A stretch of 64,000 bases of DNA from Aquidulcibacter sp. (GCF_044346625.1 NZ_JBIIYV010000004.1:4467-68466); one strand, 5' to 3'. Counted from the stretch's first letter, positions 1 through 9,890 are shown. The notes: generated by a model not told the origin, from the sequence alone. Translations and numbers: made by a program.

Positions 1-673
<673 letters not shown>

Positions 674-745
674 GGGAGGTCGTTCTAAGCCGCAACGCCT
701 GCAAAAGGGAAGAGGCGCAACTGGAAAGAAATGGGGGTTAGCCGC

Positions 746-1204
746 TTATTTTTTTTCTGCCGGTGCTGGCTCGGTGGCAGGTGCCACTGGTGTAGCCGGG
801 AATAAGGGCGCTGGCTGGGGTGCAGATGGTGCGGACGCAGGAATGCCGCCAGCCGGCGCTGCAGGAACAGGCGCGATGGCATTAGTCGGTGCCGCTGGTA
901 CAGACAGATCAATGCCCTTTGTCGGAATACCGTCCTTGGTGCGGCCATCTTGCATCAAGGAATCTGCAGGCTTAGTCGCGGATTTGTTCATAATAGTCAA
1001 AGTGACGCTGGTTACCAAAAACGCCGCACCCAACAAAGTCGTCGTGCGCGTCATAAAGTTCGCGGCTGAACGCCCTGACATCATGGAGGAAGGACCCCCG
1101 CCCATTCCCAAGGCCCCGCCGCCTTCCGAACGCTGCAGCAAAATGGCACCGATCAGCGCCAAACAAATCAGCAGGTGGAGAATGAGAATAGCTTGGATGA
1201 ACAT
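746..1204 (-). CDS. secG: Preprotein translocase subunit SecG
   Basis: 152-aa ORF. The N-terminus MFIQAILILHLLICLALIGAILLQRSEGGG plus a second hydrophobic helix is typical of SecG. It has a Pro/Ala-rich C-terminal tail and sits in the tpiA-secG-pyrG context. Confidence 0.85.
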   Translation of the reverse strand: MFIQAILILHLLICLALIGAILLQRSEGGGALGMGGGPSSMMSGRSAANFMTRTTTLLGAAFLVTSVTLTIMNKSATKPADSLMQDGRTKDGIPTKGIDLSVPAAPTNAIAPVPAAPAGGIPASAPSAPQPAPLFPATPVAPATEPAPAEKK

Positions 1205-1283
1205 GAAACGGGCCTAAAGGTGACTGGATGGGGCGCAAAACCCTGCGCTTAGGGCTGCTATGTCGCTCTTTCGAGGCCGAACT

Positions 1284-2264
1284 TCAAGAGACCAACGACA
1301 GCGCCAACTCATGGCGGCGTTTCGCGCGCTCTTTCGCCTTGTCCAACCGACCTCGAACCTTGTCCAAAGTCGCCTCCAATTCCGCCTTAAAGGCCTCTCC
1401 GCCCTCAACTGCATAAGCGACGTAGAGCGCCAGCGCGAGTTGACGGGTTAGATTGGCATTTTCGACTCGCTCTGGCCCTGGTGCGCTGGTGCGCGCAGCA
1501 ACATTTTCGAGCACCATGGCAATCTCTTGCACTTCATCAATATCAAGACGCTTAGCAGCACGGACAAGTTCGGCAGAACTTTCCAGCAAATCAACGACAA
1601 AACCTGCGTTTGCATCCCCTCGCCCTTGAGCTTGGATGATAACTTCGGCCGCCATGGCAATCCGACGGGCAAGCTTTGCCAACCGATCTTGGTCGACCTT
1701 ACGGCGCGCAGTAGCCAAGATCTCCGATTGGGTCACCGGATCATAATTGCTCATCAAGACGCGGTCGCGCAGCGTGTTTGGCGGGTCAAACGTCTCCGGT
1801 GCCATTTGATTCCCAGAAGAGCGACCGCGATCAGGCCCGACATAATCAGAGGTCACAACAAATTGTTTGCGCCCCGAAATGATGGCCCGGACCCGCTCTA
1901 GCGCTTGAATTTGAGAAAATGGCCGTAGAAGCACATCATCGCAGCCAACATTCATCAAATCGGCGACTAAATCAGTTGAGCCAGCCCAAAGCGTCGCAAT
2001 AACAGGAATGAAGGGATTTACGCCCAACTCGCCAAGGCGCTGAGCACGCAACAGCTCTACCACATCGCTATGATATTCAGTTGCCTCAATGACCAAAAGA
2101 GAAATGTCGACGTCGCGCAAACGGCGGGTCAATTCGCGCAGCGAGGTCATCCCCTCGATGCGGCGGAACCCAATCCCATGCAAAACTGAACGTGTCATCA
2201 GCATGTTGCCGCGCACAGGATCATAAATCAGCACGGTCGCCGCTGAGAGTCTTTGCTTGTCCAA
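1284..2264 (-). CDS. Receiver (REC)-domain protein with atypical acceptor site and a C-terminal helical domain of unknown function
   Basis: 326-aa ORF. Residues ~10-125 align to the CheY fold (VLIYDP..., LLVIEATEY, PVIATLW, DDVLLRPF). The phospho-acceptor position carries Glu and the conserved Lys is Arg. The C-terminal ~170 aa is Ala/Arg/Glu-rich and helical with no motif I recognise. Confidence 0.65.
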   Translation of the reverse strand: MDKQRLSAATVLIYDPVRGNMLMTRSVLHGIGFRRIEGMTSLRELTRRLRDVDISLLVIEATEYHSDVVELLRAQRLGELGVNPFIPVIATLWAGSTDLVADLMNVGCDDVLLRPFSQIQALERVRAIISGRKQFVVTSDYVGPDRGRSSGNQMAPETFDPPNTLRDRVLMSNYDPVTQSEILATARRKVDQDRLAKLARRIAMAAEVIIQAQGRGDANAGFVVDLLESSAELVRAAKRLDIDEVQEIAMVLENVAARTSAPGPERVENANLTRQLALALYVAYAVEGGEAFKAELEATLDKVRGRLDKAKERAKRRHELALSLVS

Positions 2265-2335
2265 AGGACTTTCACCCCTTCATCCGGATATAACCTTTGA
2301 CACAGGGTTGTTGCTAAGTGGTTACGATGATTGCT

Positions 2336-3100
2336 TCATTCTTGAATCGCGTGCAAAATTTTCAAAAATCCAGCCGCAGTGAGGCTCGCGCCACCTATCA
2401 AAGCGCCATCAACATGGGCGAGGTGCAGCAAGTCGCTGGCGTTCTGCCCATTGACCGAGCCGCCATAAAGTAGCGGGATGCTTGCCCCCAAAGCCCCAAA
2501 GCGACCAACGAGTGTCTTCTGAATCGCACCATGCATAGCCAAGACATCAGCAGCACTAGGGACCAAGCCAGTCCCAATTGCCCAGACGGGCTCATAGGCA
2601 ATAACAAGCCCACCTTCTGGGAAACTCTCTGGCACTGAACCTTCCACTTGGGCCAAAACCACGGATTCGGCTTGGCCTACTTCGCGTTCGACACGGGTTT
2701 CGCCGACGCAAATAATGGGAATTAAGCCAGCCTCCAACGCGGCGTGGGCTTTGGCCCGGACGTGCTCGCTGGTCTCACCATGGTCAGCGCGGCGCTCCGA
2801 ATGGCCAACAATGACAAAATGCCCGCCTGCATCCTTGATCATGGCTGCAGAGATATCGCCAGTATGGGCACCAGAGACTTTTGCATGGCAATCTTGCGCT
2901 CCGGTCAAAAGCCCCGTGCCTGCGGTCATTTCACTTAATTGCGATAACAACGTGGCTGGCGGGCAAATGGCCAATTGGATTGCTTGACTCTGAGCAGCCT
3001 TAGCAGAAGCGGCAATCAGGCCCGCCTCTTCTAGATCTGCCTTAACCCCATTCATTTTCCAGTTTCCGACCAATAGTTTTGCCACAGTTCTCTCCATCAT
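2336..3100 (-). CDS. tpiA: Triosephosphate isomerase
   Basis: ORF 2336..3133. The start is trimmed to the tandem ATGs at 3100/3097, giving MMERTVAKLLVGNWKMNG. Motifs GNWKMNG, VIVGHSERR and AYEPVWAIGTG are present. Confidence 0.9.
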   Translation of the reverse strand: MMERTVAKLLVGNWKMNGVKADLEEAGLIAASAKAAQSQAIQLAICPPATLLSQLSEMTAGTGLLTGAQDCHAKVSGAHTGDISAAMIKDAGGHFVIVGHSERRADHGETSEHVRAKAHAALEAGLIPIICVGETRVEREVGQAESVVLAQVEGSVPESFPEGGLVIAYEPVWAIGTGLVPSAADVLAMHGAIQKTLVGRFGALGASIPLLYGGSVNGQNASDLLHLAHVDGALIGGASLTAAGFLKILHAIQE

Positions 3101-3277
3101 AGGCAAGGGTAGACGCCATCTTTCAGGTGTCATTTCTGGTCTGGCATAGGCAGGTGATTCAAACTTTGCAAATCACCGGATAGAGACCTGCAGTCCAAGG
3201 CCCGCGCTGTGCAGGCCTTGCCTTGCCCCCTCTCCCAACGATCCTTATGCTAAGGTAAGTTTTCATCAGGATCTTCC

Positions 3278-5206
3278 ATGCTCACCGCGTTTCGAAAATT
3301 TGCCCGTTCATGGGTCTCCGGTATCATCATTGGCCTTTTGGTAATCTCGTTCGGGATTTGGGGGGTCAATGACATCTTCACCGGGGGCAGTCCGGATGCG
3401 GTTGCCAAGGTGGCTGGCAAGTCGATCACGCAGGACGAGTACCGCAAAGAGTTTGATCGCCTGTTGAAGCGCGCACAAGTTGATGCGAAGCGCGATATCT
3501 CAACCGAAGAGGCGCGCGCCCAAGGTCTTGATAGCGCAGTACTGGAGCAAATGGTCGCAAGCCGTGCTTTCGCAGCGATGACCGACGGCCTTGGCATTAA
3601 GGCGGCGAACGCGGTGGTTCAGGCGGAGATTGCAAAAATCCCTGCCTTCCAAGACCAAATCACCCGCCGCTTTAGCCAAGATACCTATCAGATGGCCTTG
3701 CGCGATAATGGCTTTACCCCCGTTGAGTTCGAAAGCAGCGTGCGTTCCGACTTGACCCGTCAAGGTCTGACTTTGGCCGTTAGCTCTGGTTTCCGCGCGC
3801 CTCGCGTCTTTGCCAGCCAAACATTGGCCTATGGCACAGAACGCAGGATGGTGACTATTATTCCAGTTCCTGCTGGCTTTGTCGGTGGTCCGCGCCAACC
3901 AAATGACGCTCAATTGAAAGCGCTCTATGATGAGAGCCGGACCCAATTGATGCGCCCCGAAACGCGCACACTGACGATGGTTGTCGCAAGTCTTGCTGAC
4001 TTCGAAACCAAAGTGAAGGTTGATGAAGCCCAAGCCCAAGAGATTTTTGGCCGCAACAAGGAACGTCTTTCAACGCCAGCCAAGCGCGGTTTGGTTCAAT
4101 TGGTTGCCTCTGATCGTGCGAAGGCCGATCAAGCTGCCGCGCGCTTGCGTGCTGGTGAAGACCCGGCAGCCATTGCAAAATCACTCGGTCTGTCCTCACC
4201 AGTCGTGTTGTCAAACGTGACCATTGGCGGCATTCCCGATCAAAATGTGGCCAAAGCCGCCTTCGATATGAAGCAGGGCGACGTGCAAGTTGTGGCAGCC
4301 AAGCTGCAACCCTTCGCAGCGTTCAAGGTCACCGAGGCTGTGGCAGCCAAAGAGGCTAAGTTTGAAGATTCTGCGGTCGAAATCCGCACGCAGCTACGCC
4401 AAACCGCCGCTGGCGAACTTCTGACCGATGCGACCGAGGCTTATGATAAGGCGATCACGGAAGGGGCAACGCTCGAAGCCGCCGCCGCTAAAGCAGGCTT
4501 CCAACTGGTCCAGATCAAAGACGTGATGGCGGATGGTAATCTGGCCGCTACCGGACAGCCTGCCCTTGAATTCGTGGAAGCGCCGACGGTCCTGAAAGAT
4601 GCATTTGCAGGCGGCAAAGGCGACACGTCGGACTTGGCCCCGGTTCCCGGTGATCGTTATGTCGCGGTCCGTATTGATGCGATTAATGTTGCCGCACCGC
4701 CGCCATTCGCCGCAATCCGCAACGAATTGACGACCGAGTGGATTCGTCGCGATATTCGTGCCCGAGCAGAAGCCAAAGCCAAGGAAATTTTGGCCGATGC
4801 TAAGAAGACCAGCATGGAAGCTGCGGCTGCGAAATATAAATTGCCCGTCGCCAAACAGACCCAACCGCTATTGCGCGGCCAAGGTGGCCAAGAATTAAGC
4901 CAAGCTGTGTTTGCCGCGAAGAAAGGTGAACTCGTCCTAGCGCCAACAGCCAATGGAGTTGAGTACACCGTTGTGCGGATCGACGACATCTTGAAGGACG
5001 ATGAAGGCACGGTTCCTGATCGTTTGGTTCAGGCCGAGACTGCGGTGCGTGCCTCAGTTCAGCGCGACCTGATTGCGTCCTTAGAACGGGTTGCCCGGGA
5101 TCGCGCAAAAGCCCAGCTCTTCACCAAAATGATGGGCCGCGCCTTGGGTGACACCGAAGAAACCGCCGCCGCCAGCAAAGCCGCAGTGCCGGCCAAACAG
5201 CCGTAG
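3278..5206 (+). CDS. PpiD-like periplasmic chaperone / peptidyl-prolyl isomerase (SurA N-terminal domain family)
   Basis: 642-aa ORF. The N-terminal membrane anchor FARSWVSGIIIGLLVISFGIWGVNDIF is characteristic of PpiD. It sits immediately upstream of trpE, as in many Alphaproteobacteria. Confidence 0.7.
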   Translation: MLTAFRKFARSWVSGIIIGLLVISFGIWGVNDIFTGGSPDAVAKVAGKSITQDEYRKEFDRLLKRAQVDAKRDISTEEARAQGLDSAVLEQMVASRAFAAMTDGLGIKAANAVVQAEIAKIPAFQDQITRRFSQDTYQMALRDNGFTPVEFESSVRSDLTRQGLTLAVSSGFRAPRVFASQTLAYGTERRMVTIIPVPAGFVGGPRQPNDAQLKALYDESRTQLMRPETRTLTMVVASLADFETKVKVDEAQAQEIFGRNKERLSTPAKRGLVQLVASDRAKADQAAARLRAGEDPAAIAKSLGLSSPVVLSNVTIGGIPDQNVAKAAFDMKQGDVQVVAAKLQPFAAFKVTEAVAAKEAKFEDSAVEIRTQLRQTAAGELLTDATEAYDKAITEGATLEAAAAKAGFQLVQIKDVMADGNLAATGQPALEFVEAPTVLKDAFAGGKGDTSDLAPVPGDRYVAVRIDAINVAAPPPFAAIRNELTTEWIRRDIRARAEAKAKEILADAKKTSMEAAAAKYKLPVAKQTQPLLRGQGGQELSQAVFAAKKGELVLAPTANGVEYTVVRIDDILKDDEGTVPDRLVQAETAVRASVQRDLIASLERVARDRAKAQLFTKMMGRALGDTEETAAASKAAVPAKQP

Positions 5207-5212
5207 GCGAAC

Positions 5213-6775
5213 GTGCTATCGATTGAACCTAGTTTTGAGCTGTTCGAAGCTTCCTATCTGCAAGGGCGCGGTACGCCTCTACGTGCCAAGCGGATCGATG
5301 ATCTAGAGACACCTGTTTCGGCCATCGCCAAATTAGGCGCAGACCGACTGGGTTCCTGCTTGTTTGAGAGTGTGGAAGGCGGGGAGACACGGGGGCGCTA
5401 TTCAATTGTCGCCTGTGACCCCGACCTCATCTATCGGGTCGATCAATCCGGTGCGGCCAAAGCTGTGATTGATGAAGCTGGCCAAGTCGGGGACTATGTC
5501 CCTTGTGGCGAAGAGCCTCTGGCGGCGTTGCGTACCTTGATCGCAGAAAGCGCCCTCGACTTCCCAACTGATTTGCCGCCACCTGCAGCAGGCCTTTTCG
5601 GCTACCTCGCCTATGAAACCGTGCGCCGGGTCGAGCGACTACCCGAGACAGCGCCTGACCCAATTGGTGTGCCCGAGGCGCTTCTAGTTCGCCCGCGCCT
5701 TGTGATCGTGTTTGACGGGGTAAAGCAGGAATTGCTTTTGGTGACGCCTGTGCGGCCCCGGGCGGGTGTCTCTGCCAGGGACGCCTATGAACAGGGCCGG
5801 ACGCGCCTAGAACAAGCTTGGGCCACATTGGACGGCCCCTCGCCCTTACGCGTGCCTTCCTATGCCGCCAAGCCCAGCCCCTTAGGCGAAGCAATCCCGA
5901 ACATGAGCCCTGAAGCCTATATGGCGAAGGTGGAGACGGCCAAGGACTACATTCGCGCCGGTGATATCTTCCAAGTGGTGCCGAGCCAGCGCTTTTCCGC
6001 CCCCTTCTCGGGTTCGGCGATTTCGCTCTACCGGTCTTTGCGGCGAACCAACCCATCGCCCTTCTTGTTTCTATTGCGGATGGACGGCTTTGATATTGTG
6101 GGCTCCAGCCCAGAAATCTTGGTCCGTTTGCGCGACGGCACGGTGACGATGCGCCCGATAGCTGGAACCAAACCGCGCGGGGCCACCCCTGCCCTCGATG
6201 AAGCTTTGGCGGAAGAGCTATTGAATGACCCCAAAGAGCGGGCCGAACATCTCATGCTGCTCGACCTCGGTCGCAATGATGTTGGTCGCGTCTCGCGCTC
6301 GAAACCCGGTGGCAATGATGGCCCTGTCGGTATTGGCCGTGGCGGGGTCCGCGTCACAGAGAGTTTCAAGGTCGAGCGTTATAGCCATGTCATGCACATT
6401 GTTTCCAATGTGGAAGGCAGCTTGAAGCCGGGCCTTGATGCCCTCGATGCTTTGCTCGCAGGCTTTCCAGCAGGCACGGTTTCTGGTGCCCCGAAAGTGC
6501 GGGCAATGGAGATCATTGCCGAGCTTGAGCCCCATGGTCGTGGCGTCTATGCGGGCGGCGTCGGCTATTTCTCCGCCGGTGGCGACATGGACTTGTGCAT
6601 TGCGCTTCGAACGGGCGTTTTGAAAGACGGCGTTCTCCATGCTCAAGCCGGCGCTGGGGTTGTCCTCGACTCCATTCCGCTGAGTGAGCACAATGAGTGC
6701 GTCAATAAGGCGAAGGCCTTGCTGCGTGCTGCCGAAGATGCAGGTCGCTATGGCGAGAAGGATGCCCAAGCATGA
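5213..6775 (+). CDS. trpE: Anthranilate synthase component I
   Basis: 520-aa ORF with a GTG start. Motifs LFESVEGGE, GDIFQVVPSQRF and GVYAGGVGYF are present. It is followed by trpG/D/C with overlapping stop/start codons. Confidence 0.9.
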   Translation: MLSIEPSFELFEASYLQGRGTPLRAKRIDDLETPVSAIAKLGADRLGSCLFESVEGGETRGRYSIVACDPDLIYRVDQSGAAKAVIDEAGQVGDYVPCGEEPLAALRTLIAESALDFPTDLPPPAAGLFGYLAYETVRRVERLPETAPDPIGVPEALLVRPRLVIVFDGVKQELLLVTPVRPRAGVSARDAYEQGRTRLEQAWATLDGPSPLRVPSYAAKPSPLGEAIPNMSPEAYMAKVETAKDYIRAGDIFQVVPSQRFSAPFSGSAISLYRSLRRTNPSPFLFLLRMDGFDIVGSSPEILVRLRDGTVTMRPIAGTKPRGATPALDEALAEELLNDPKERAEHLMLLDLGRNDVGRVSRSKPGGNDGPVGIGRGGVRVTESFKVERYSHVMHIVSNVEGSLKPGLDALDALLAGFPAGTVSGAPKVRAMEIIAELEPHGRGVYAGGVGYFSAGGDMDLCIALRTGVLKDGVLHAQAGAGVVLDSIPLSEHNECVNKAKALLRAAEDAGRYGEKDAQA

Positions 6776-7356
6776 AAATCCTGCTCATCGATAATTACGA
6801 CAGCTTTACCTACAATCTCGTCCATTATGTCGAGGAATTGGGCGCAGAAACGCACGTGGTCCGTAATGACCGCATCAGCGTGGACGATGCGATCGCCCAA
6901 GCTGGGGACGGCATCATCATTTCGCCGGGTCCTTGCACCCCCAATGAAGCGGGCATTTGCCTCGACCTCGTCAAAGCCCTGCCCGACGACATTCCGCTTC
7001 TGGGCGTCTGCCTTGGACACCAAGCAATTGGTCAAGCTTATGGCGGTACCGTCTTGCGCGCCAAGACCATCATGCACGGCAAGACCTCCACCATCACGCA
7101 CGCCAATACGGGTCTGTTTGAAGGCCTGCCCGAGCAGTTTGAGGTAACCCGCTATCACTCTTTATCAGTAGAGCGCGAAAGCCTACCCAATTCGTTGCGC
7201 GTTGATGCTTGGACCGCCGATGGCGAGATCATGGGCATGAGCCATGTGGCCAAGCCGATCTTTGGCGTGCAATTCCATCCTGAAAGCATCGCGTCAGAAC
7301 ACGGCCATGCGCTAATCCAGCGCTTCTTGCAATCAACCAAAGCCAGCCAGTCGTGA
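6772..7356 (+). CDS. trpG: Anthranilate synthase component II (glutamine amidotransferase)
   Basis: 194 aa. It is a class I GATase with catalytic Cys in LLGVCLGHQAI and His in FGVQFHPES. It has a 4-nt overlap with the trpE stop. Confidence 0.9.
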   Translation: MKILLIDNYDSFTYNLVHYVEELGAETHVVRNDRISVDDAIAQAGDGIIISPGPCTPNEAGICLDLVKALPDDIPLLGVCLGHQAIGQAYGGTVLRAKTIMHGKTSTITHANTGLFEGLPEQFEVTRYHSLSVERESLPNSLRVDAWTADGEIMGMSHVAKPIFGVQFHPESIASEHGHALIQRFLQSTKASQS

Positions 7357-8378
7357 GTGAGGCGATCAAACCAGCTTTGGCGCTCTTGCGCGATGGCGAC
7401 GCGCCCTCGCCTGCCATGCTCGACCAAGCCTTTGCCGCAATCTTGAGCGGAGAAGCGACCCAAGCCCAAATCGGGGCCTTCTTGATGGGCCTTGAGCGGC
7501 TGACTTTGACCAGCGACATGATCGCCTCAGGCGCGCAAGCGATGCGTGGGGCCATGACACGCGTCGACACTTCCCATGCTTGCGTAGATGTCTGCGGCAC
7601 AGGTGGCGATGGCTCTCACACCCTTAACATCTCGACCGCCGTGTCCTTTGTTCTGGCGGGCTGCGGGCAGAAGGTTGCCAAGCATGGCAATCGCGCCATG
7701 AGCTCCAAATCAGGGGCAGCCGACGTCTTGGAGGCTTTGGGCGTCAAGCTGGAACTCTCGCCTGAGCAATGCGCCGCGGCCCTCGATGAGGTCGGCCTTG
7801 TGTTCCTCTTTGCCCAAGCCCATCACCCCGCCATGCGTCATGTTGGCCCTGCTCGGCGTGAACTGGGTTTCCGCACCATTTTCAATCTATTAGGCCCCCT
7901 TTCTAATCCAGCAGGCGCACAGCGCCAATTGGTGGGCGTCTTCGCCGATGACAAGCGCCGTCCGATGGCGCAAGCCCTGATGAGCCTTGGCTGTGAGAGC
8001 GCTTGGGTCGTCCATGGCCATGGCGGCTTGGATGAACTGTCGCTATCTGGCCCCACGCAAGTTACCGCTCTGAAGGACAAGACCCTGTCCGAGCTTGAGA
8101 TCGGTCCAGGTGACCTCGGTCTCGCCACTGCGCCGCTTGAGGCCCTCAAGGGTGGCGATGCGGCGCACAATGCGTTGGCGCTGCGTGCGCTGTTGCAAGG
8201 CGAGACTGGCCCTTATCGCGATGTGGTGCTGCTGAATGCCGCAGCAGCGCTGGTGGCCACAGCAGCGGCGTCGGACCTCACAGAGGGCTTGGCGCACGCC
8301 AAAACTAGTCTCGACTCCCAAGCTGCGCTCACCAAGTTGGATCAGCTGATCGCCTTTACCAATCGGACGCCATCATGA
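7353..8378 (+). CDS. trpD: Anthranilate phosphoribosyltransferase
   Basis: 341 aa. Motifs [16 protein letters not shown] and [21 protein letters not shown] are present. It has a 4-nt overlap with the trpG stop. Confidence 0.9.
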   Translation: MSEAIKPALALLRDGDAPSPAMLDQAFAAILSGEATQAQIGAFLMGLERLTLTSDMIASGAQAMRGAMTRVDTSHACVDVCGTGGDGSHTLNISTAVSFVLAGCGQKVAKHGNRAMSSKSGAADVLEALGVKLELSPEQCAAALDEVGLVFLFAQAHHPAMRHVGPARRELGFRTIFNLLGPLSNPAGAQRQLVGVFADDKRRPMAQALMSLGCESAWVVHGHGGLDELSLSGPTQVTALKDKTLSELEIGPGDLGLATAPLEALKGGDAAHNALALRALLQGETGPYRDVVLLNAAAALVATAAASDLTEGLAHAKTSLDSQAALTKLDQLIAFTNRTPS

Positions 8379-9166
8379 GCGACACCCTCTCCAAAATCAT
8401 CGCCTATAAACGCGACGAAGTGGCCGCCCGTAAGCCCCTCCAATCCATCGCGGCACTGGAGGCTTTAGCGTCCGAGCAAAGCGCGCCACGTGGCTTTACC
8501 GCCGCCCTCAAGAAGGCCGCTGAGACCCGCCCCGCCCTGATCGCCGAGATCAAAAAGGCCAGCCCGTCAAAGGGCCTGATCCGCGCCGATTTCGTACCTG
8601 CGCAATTGGCTCAAGCTTACGAGCAAGGCGGTGCGGCTTGCCTCTCCGTCCTCACCGATGCACCCAGCTTCCAAGGCCATGAGAGCTTTCTGGTCGCTGC
8701 GCGAGCCGCCACCAACCTGCCCTGCCTGCGCAAGGACTTCATGGTCGACACTTGGCAGATCGCCGAAAGCCGCGCTTATGGTGCCGACGCGATCCTTGTC
8801 ATCATGGCCGCTCTGGACGATAAACGCGCCGCCGATCTGGTCGCCGCTGCCAAGCATTACGGCATGGATGCCCTGATCGAGACCCATGATGAAGCCGAAA
8901 TGGAACGCGCCCTGAAGCTCGATGCGGAACTGATTGGCGTCAATAATCGCAACCTCAAGACCTTCGTTACAGACCTGTCCACCACCGCCCGCCTTTCGAC
9001 CATGATCCCGCCTTCGCGGCTCCTTGTCGCCGAAAGCGGCATCAACACCCGCGCCGACATCGCGGAATTACAAGCGACCGGGGCCAAGGCGTTTCTGATC
9101 GGCGAAAGCCTGATGCGGCAGGATGATGTTGGCGCGGCGACGCGGGATATTTTGGCTGTCGGCTAA
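8375..9166 (+). CDS. trpC: Indole-3-glycerol phosphate synthase
   Basis: 263 aa. Motifs [21 protein letters not shown] and IGVNNRNL are present. It has a 4-nt overlap with the trpD stop. Confidence 0.9.
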   Translation: MSDTLSKIIAYKRDEVAARKPLQSIAALEALASEQSAPRGFTAALKKAAETRPALIAEIKKASPSKGLIRADFVPAQLAQAYEQGGAACLSVLTDAPSFQGHESFLVAARAATNLPCLRKDFMVDTWQIAESRAYGADAILVIMAALDDKRAADLVAAAKHYGMDALIETHDEAEMERALKLDAELIGVNNRNLKTFVTDLSTTARLSTMIPPSRLLVAESGINTRADIAELQATGAKAFLIGESLMRQDDVGAATRDILAVG

Positions 9167-9189
9167 ACTGCGCGCCACGAACCGCGCTT

Positions 9190-9292
9190 GTCATCCCCGC
9201 CGAAGCGAAGCGCAGAGCGGGGACCTCGATTAGTCATGCGCTCTCCCCTCGCCCCCCAAGCGGGAGAGGGGTCGGGGGTGAGGGGGTCTTTG
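9190..9292. repeat. REP-like palindromic units (two short GC-rich hairpin units)
   Basis: TCCCCGC (9194-9200) pairs with GCGGGGA (9217-9223) around a CGAAG-CGAAG loop. CTCTCCC (9241-9247) pairs with GGGAGAG (9262-9268), followed by GGGGTCGGGGGTGAGGGGG. A related unit (CCCCTCGCC...GGGAGAGG) occurs in the opposite orientation at 57820-57866. Confidence 0.6.
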
Positions 9293-9315
9293 CGCAAGGG
9301 CGCGCCTAAAGGACC

Positions 9316-9369
9316 GCGCAGCACTAGCTGCGCACGTCAACGCGTCCAGATGCGCAGCTAGTGCTGCGC
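9316..9369. repeat. Perfect 19-bp inverted repeat with 16-nt spacer (tandem-hairpin / cruciform-capable element)
   Basis: GCGCAGCACTAGCTGCGCA (9316-9334) is the exact reverse complement of TGCGCAGCTAGTGCTGCGC (9351-9369). Each arm is itself a 7-bp hairpin (GCGCAGC-N4-GCTGCGC). Confidence 0.9.
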
Positions 9370-9890
9370 ACTCCATTTTGCTCTACCAACACCCATAGCC
9401 CCGCGCGGAAAACCACCGGGGGTGCACCTTGTTGCCCGAAAGCAGAGGGGCCGGGGCGCGTGGTGCGCGCCAAATAGGGGGTGGGCCAGATTAACGGACT
9501 GGCCCGGAAAACGACGCAAACCATGCGCCCCGGCTGAAATAAGTCTGTGTGCCCAAGGGAGGATCATGAGCCCTCCTCGGTGGTGACATTTCCCCCGCCT
9601 AGTACGTAAAGGCCTAAACACACTTGAGGCTACCCGAGAGGTTGGACCAAGCCTATTGAAAGACCTGACCTCCGGCTTCACACGGCAGTCGGGCTCGAGC
9701 ACACCGGGCATAAGGACGAGCTAATCCTTATGAAAACACGAGGCAGCCACGTCCACCCCGATTAACCCCGCTTACCCATCCCCAACCGGTGTCGCCGCTG
9801 CAGCAACAACGCCCTCTCGTCGGAGATGGGACTAGGATATCCGGGGTTTGATGGGATGGGGATAAGTTTTTATTTGTCCCTGCTGAAGCA

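Noticed and set aside
3153-3177. Inverted repeat GGTGATT-N11-AATCACC in the tpiA/ppiD divergent promoter region.
   Set aside because: The arms are only 7 bp and the site is unsupported. It could be an operator, but it cannot be distinguished from chance without comparative data.
9566-9586. Micro-ORF ATG AGC CCT CCT CGG TGG TGA (MSPPRW*) with an AAGGGAGGA SD, which looks like a Trp-containing leader peptide next to the trp operon.
   Set aside because: It lies downstream of trpC, not upstream of any trp gene. It has a single Trp codon and no attenuator-style terminator/antiterminator pair around it. The SD-like GGAGG is more simply one arm of a local hairpin.
9361-9720. Possible tmRNA (two-piece alphaproteobacterial form), RNase P RNA, SRP RNA or tRNA in the trpC-GNAT spacer. 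The triggers were several look-alike strings: GAAAACGACGCAAAC resembles a tag ORF; CCAAATAGGGG and CCGGCTT resemble RNase P; GGTCAGGTC on the minus strand resembles SRP; and TTGGTAGAGCA on the minus strand resembles a tRNA D-arm.
   Set aside because: There is no GGTTCGA-type T-loop on either strand. The would-be tag (…ENDANHAPRLK*) does not end in the usual hydrophobic A-A. The invariant RNase P GAGGAAAGTCCGG is absent. The SRP GGAAGGAAGCAGC continuation is absent. The D-arm-like string is not embedded in a cloverleaf. All of these are short chance resemblances. The region is kept only as an unclassified candidate.
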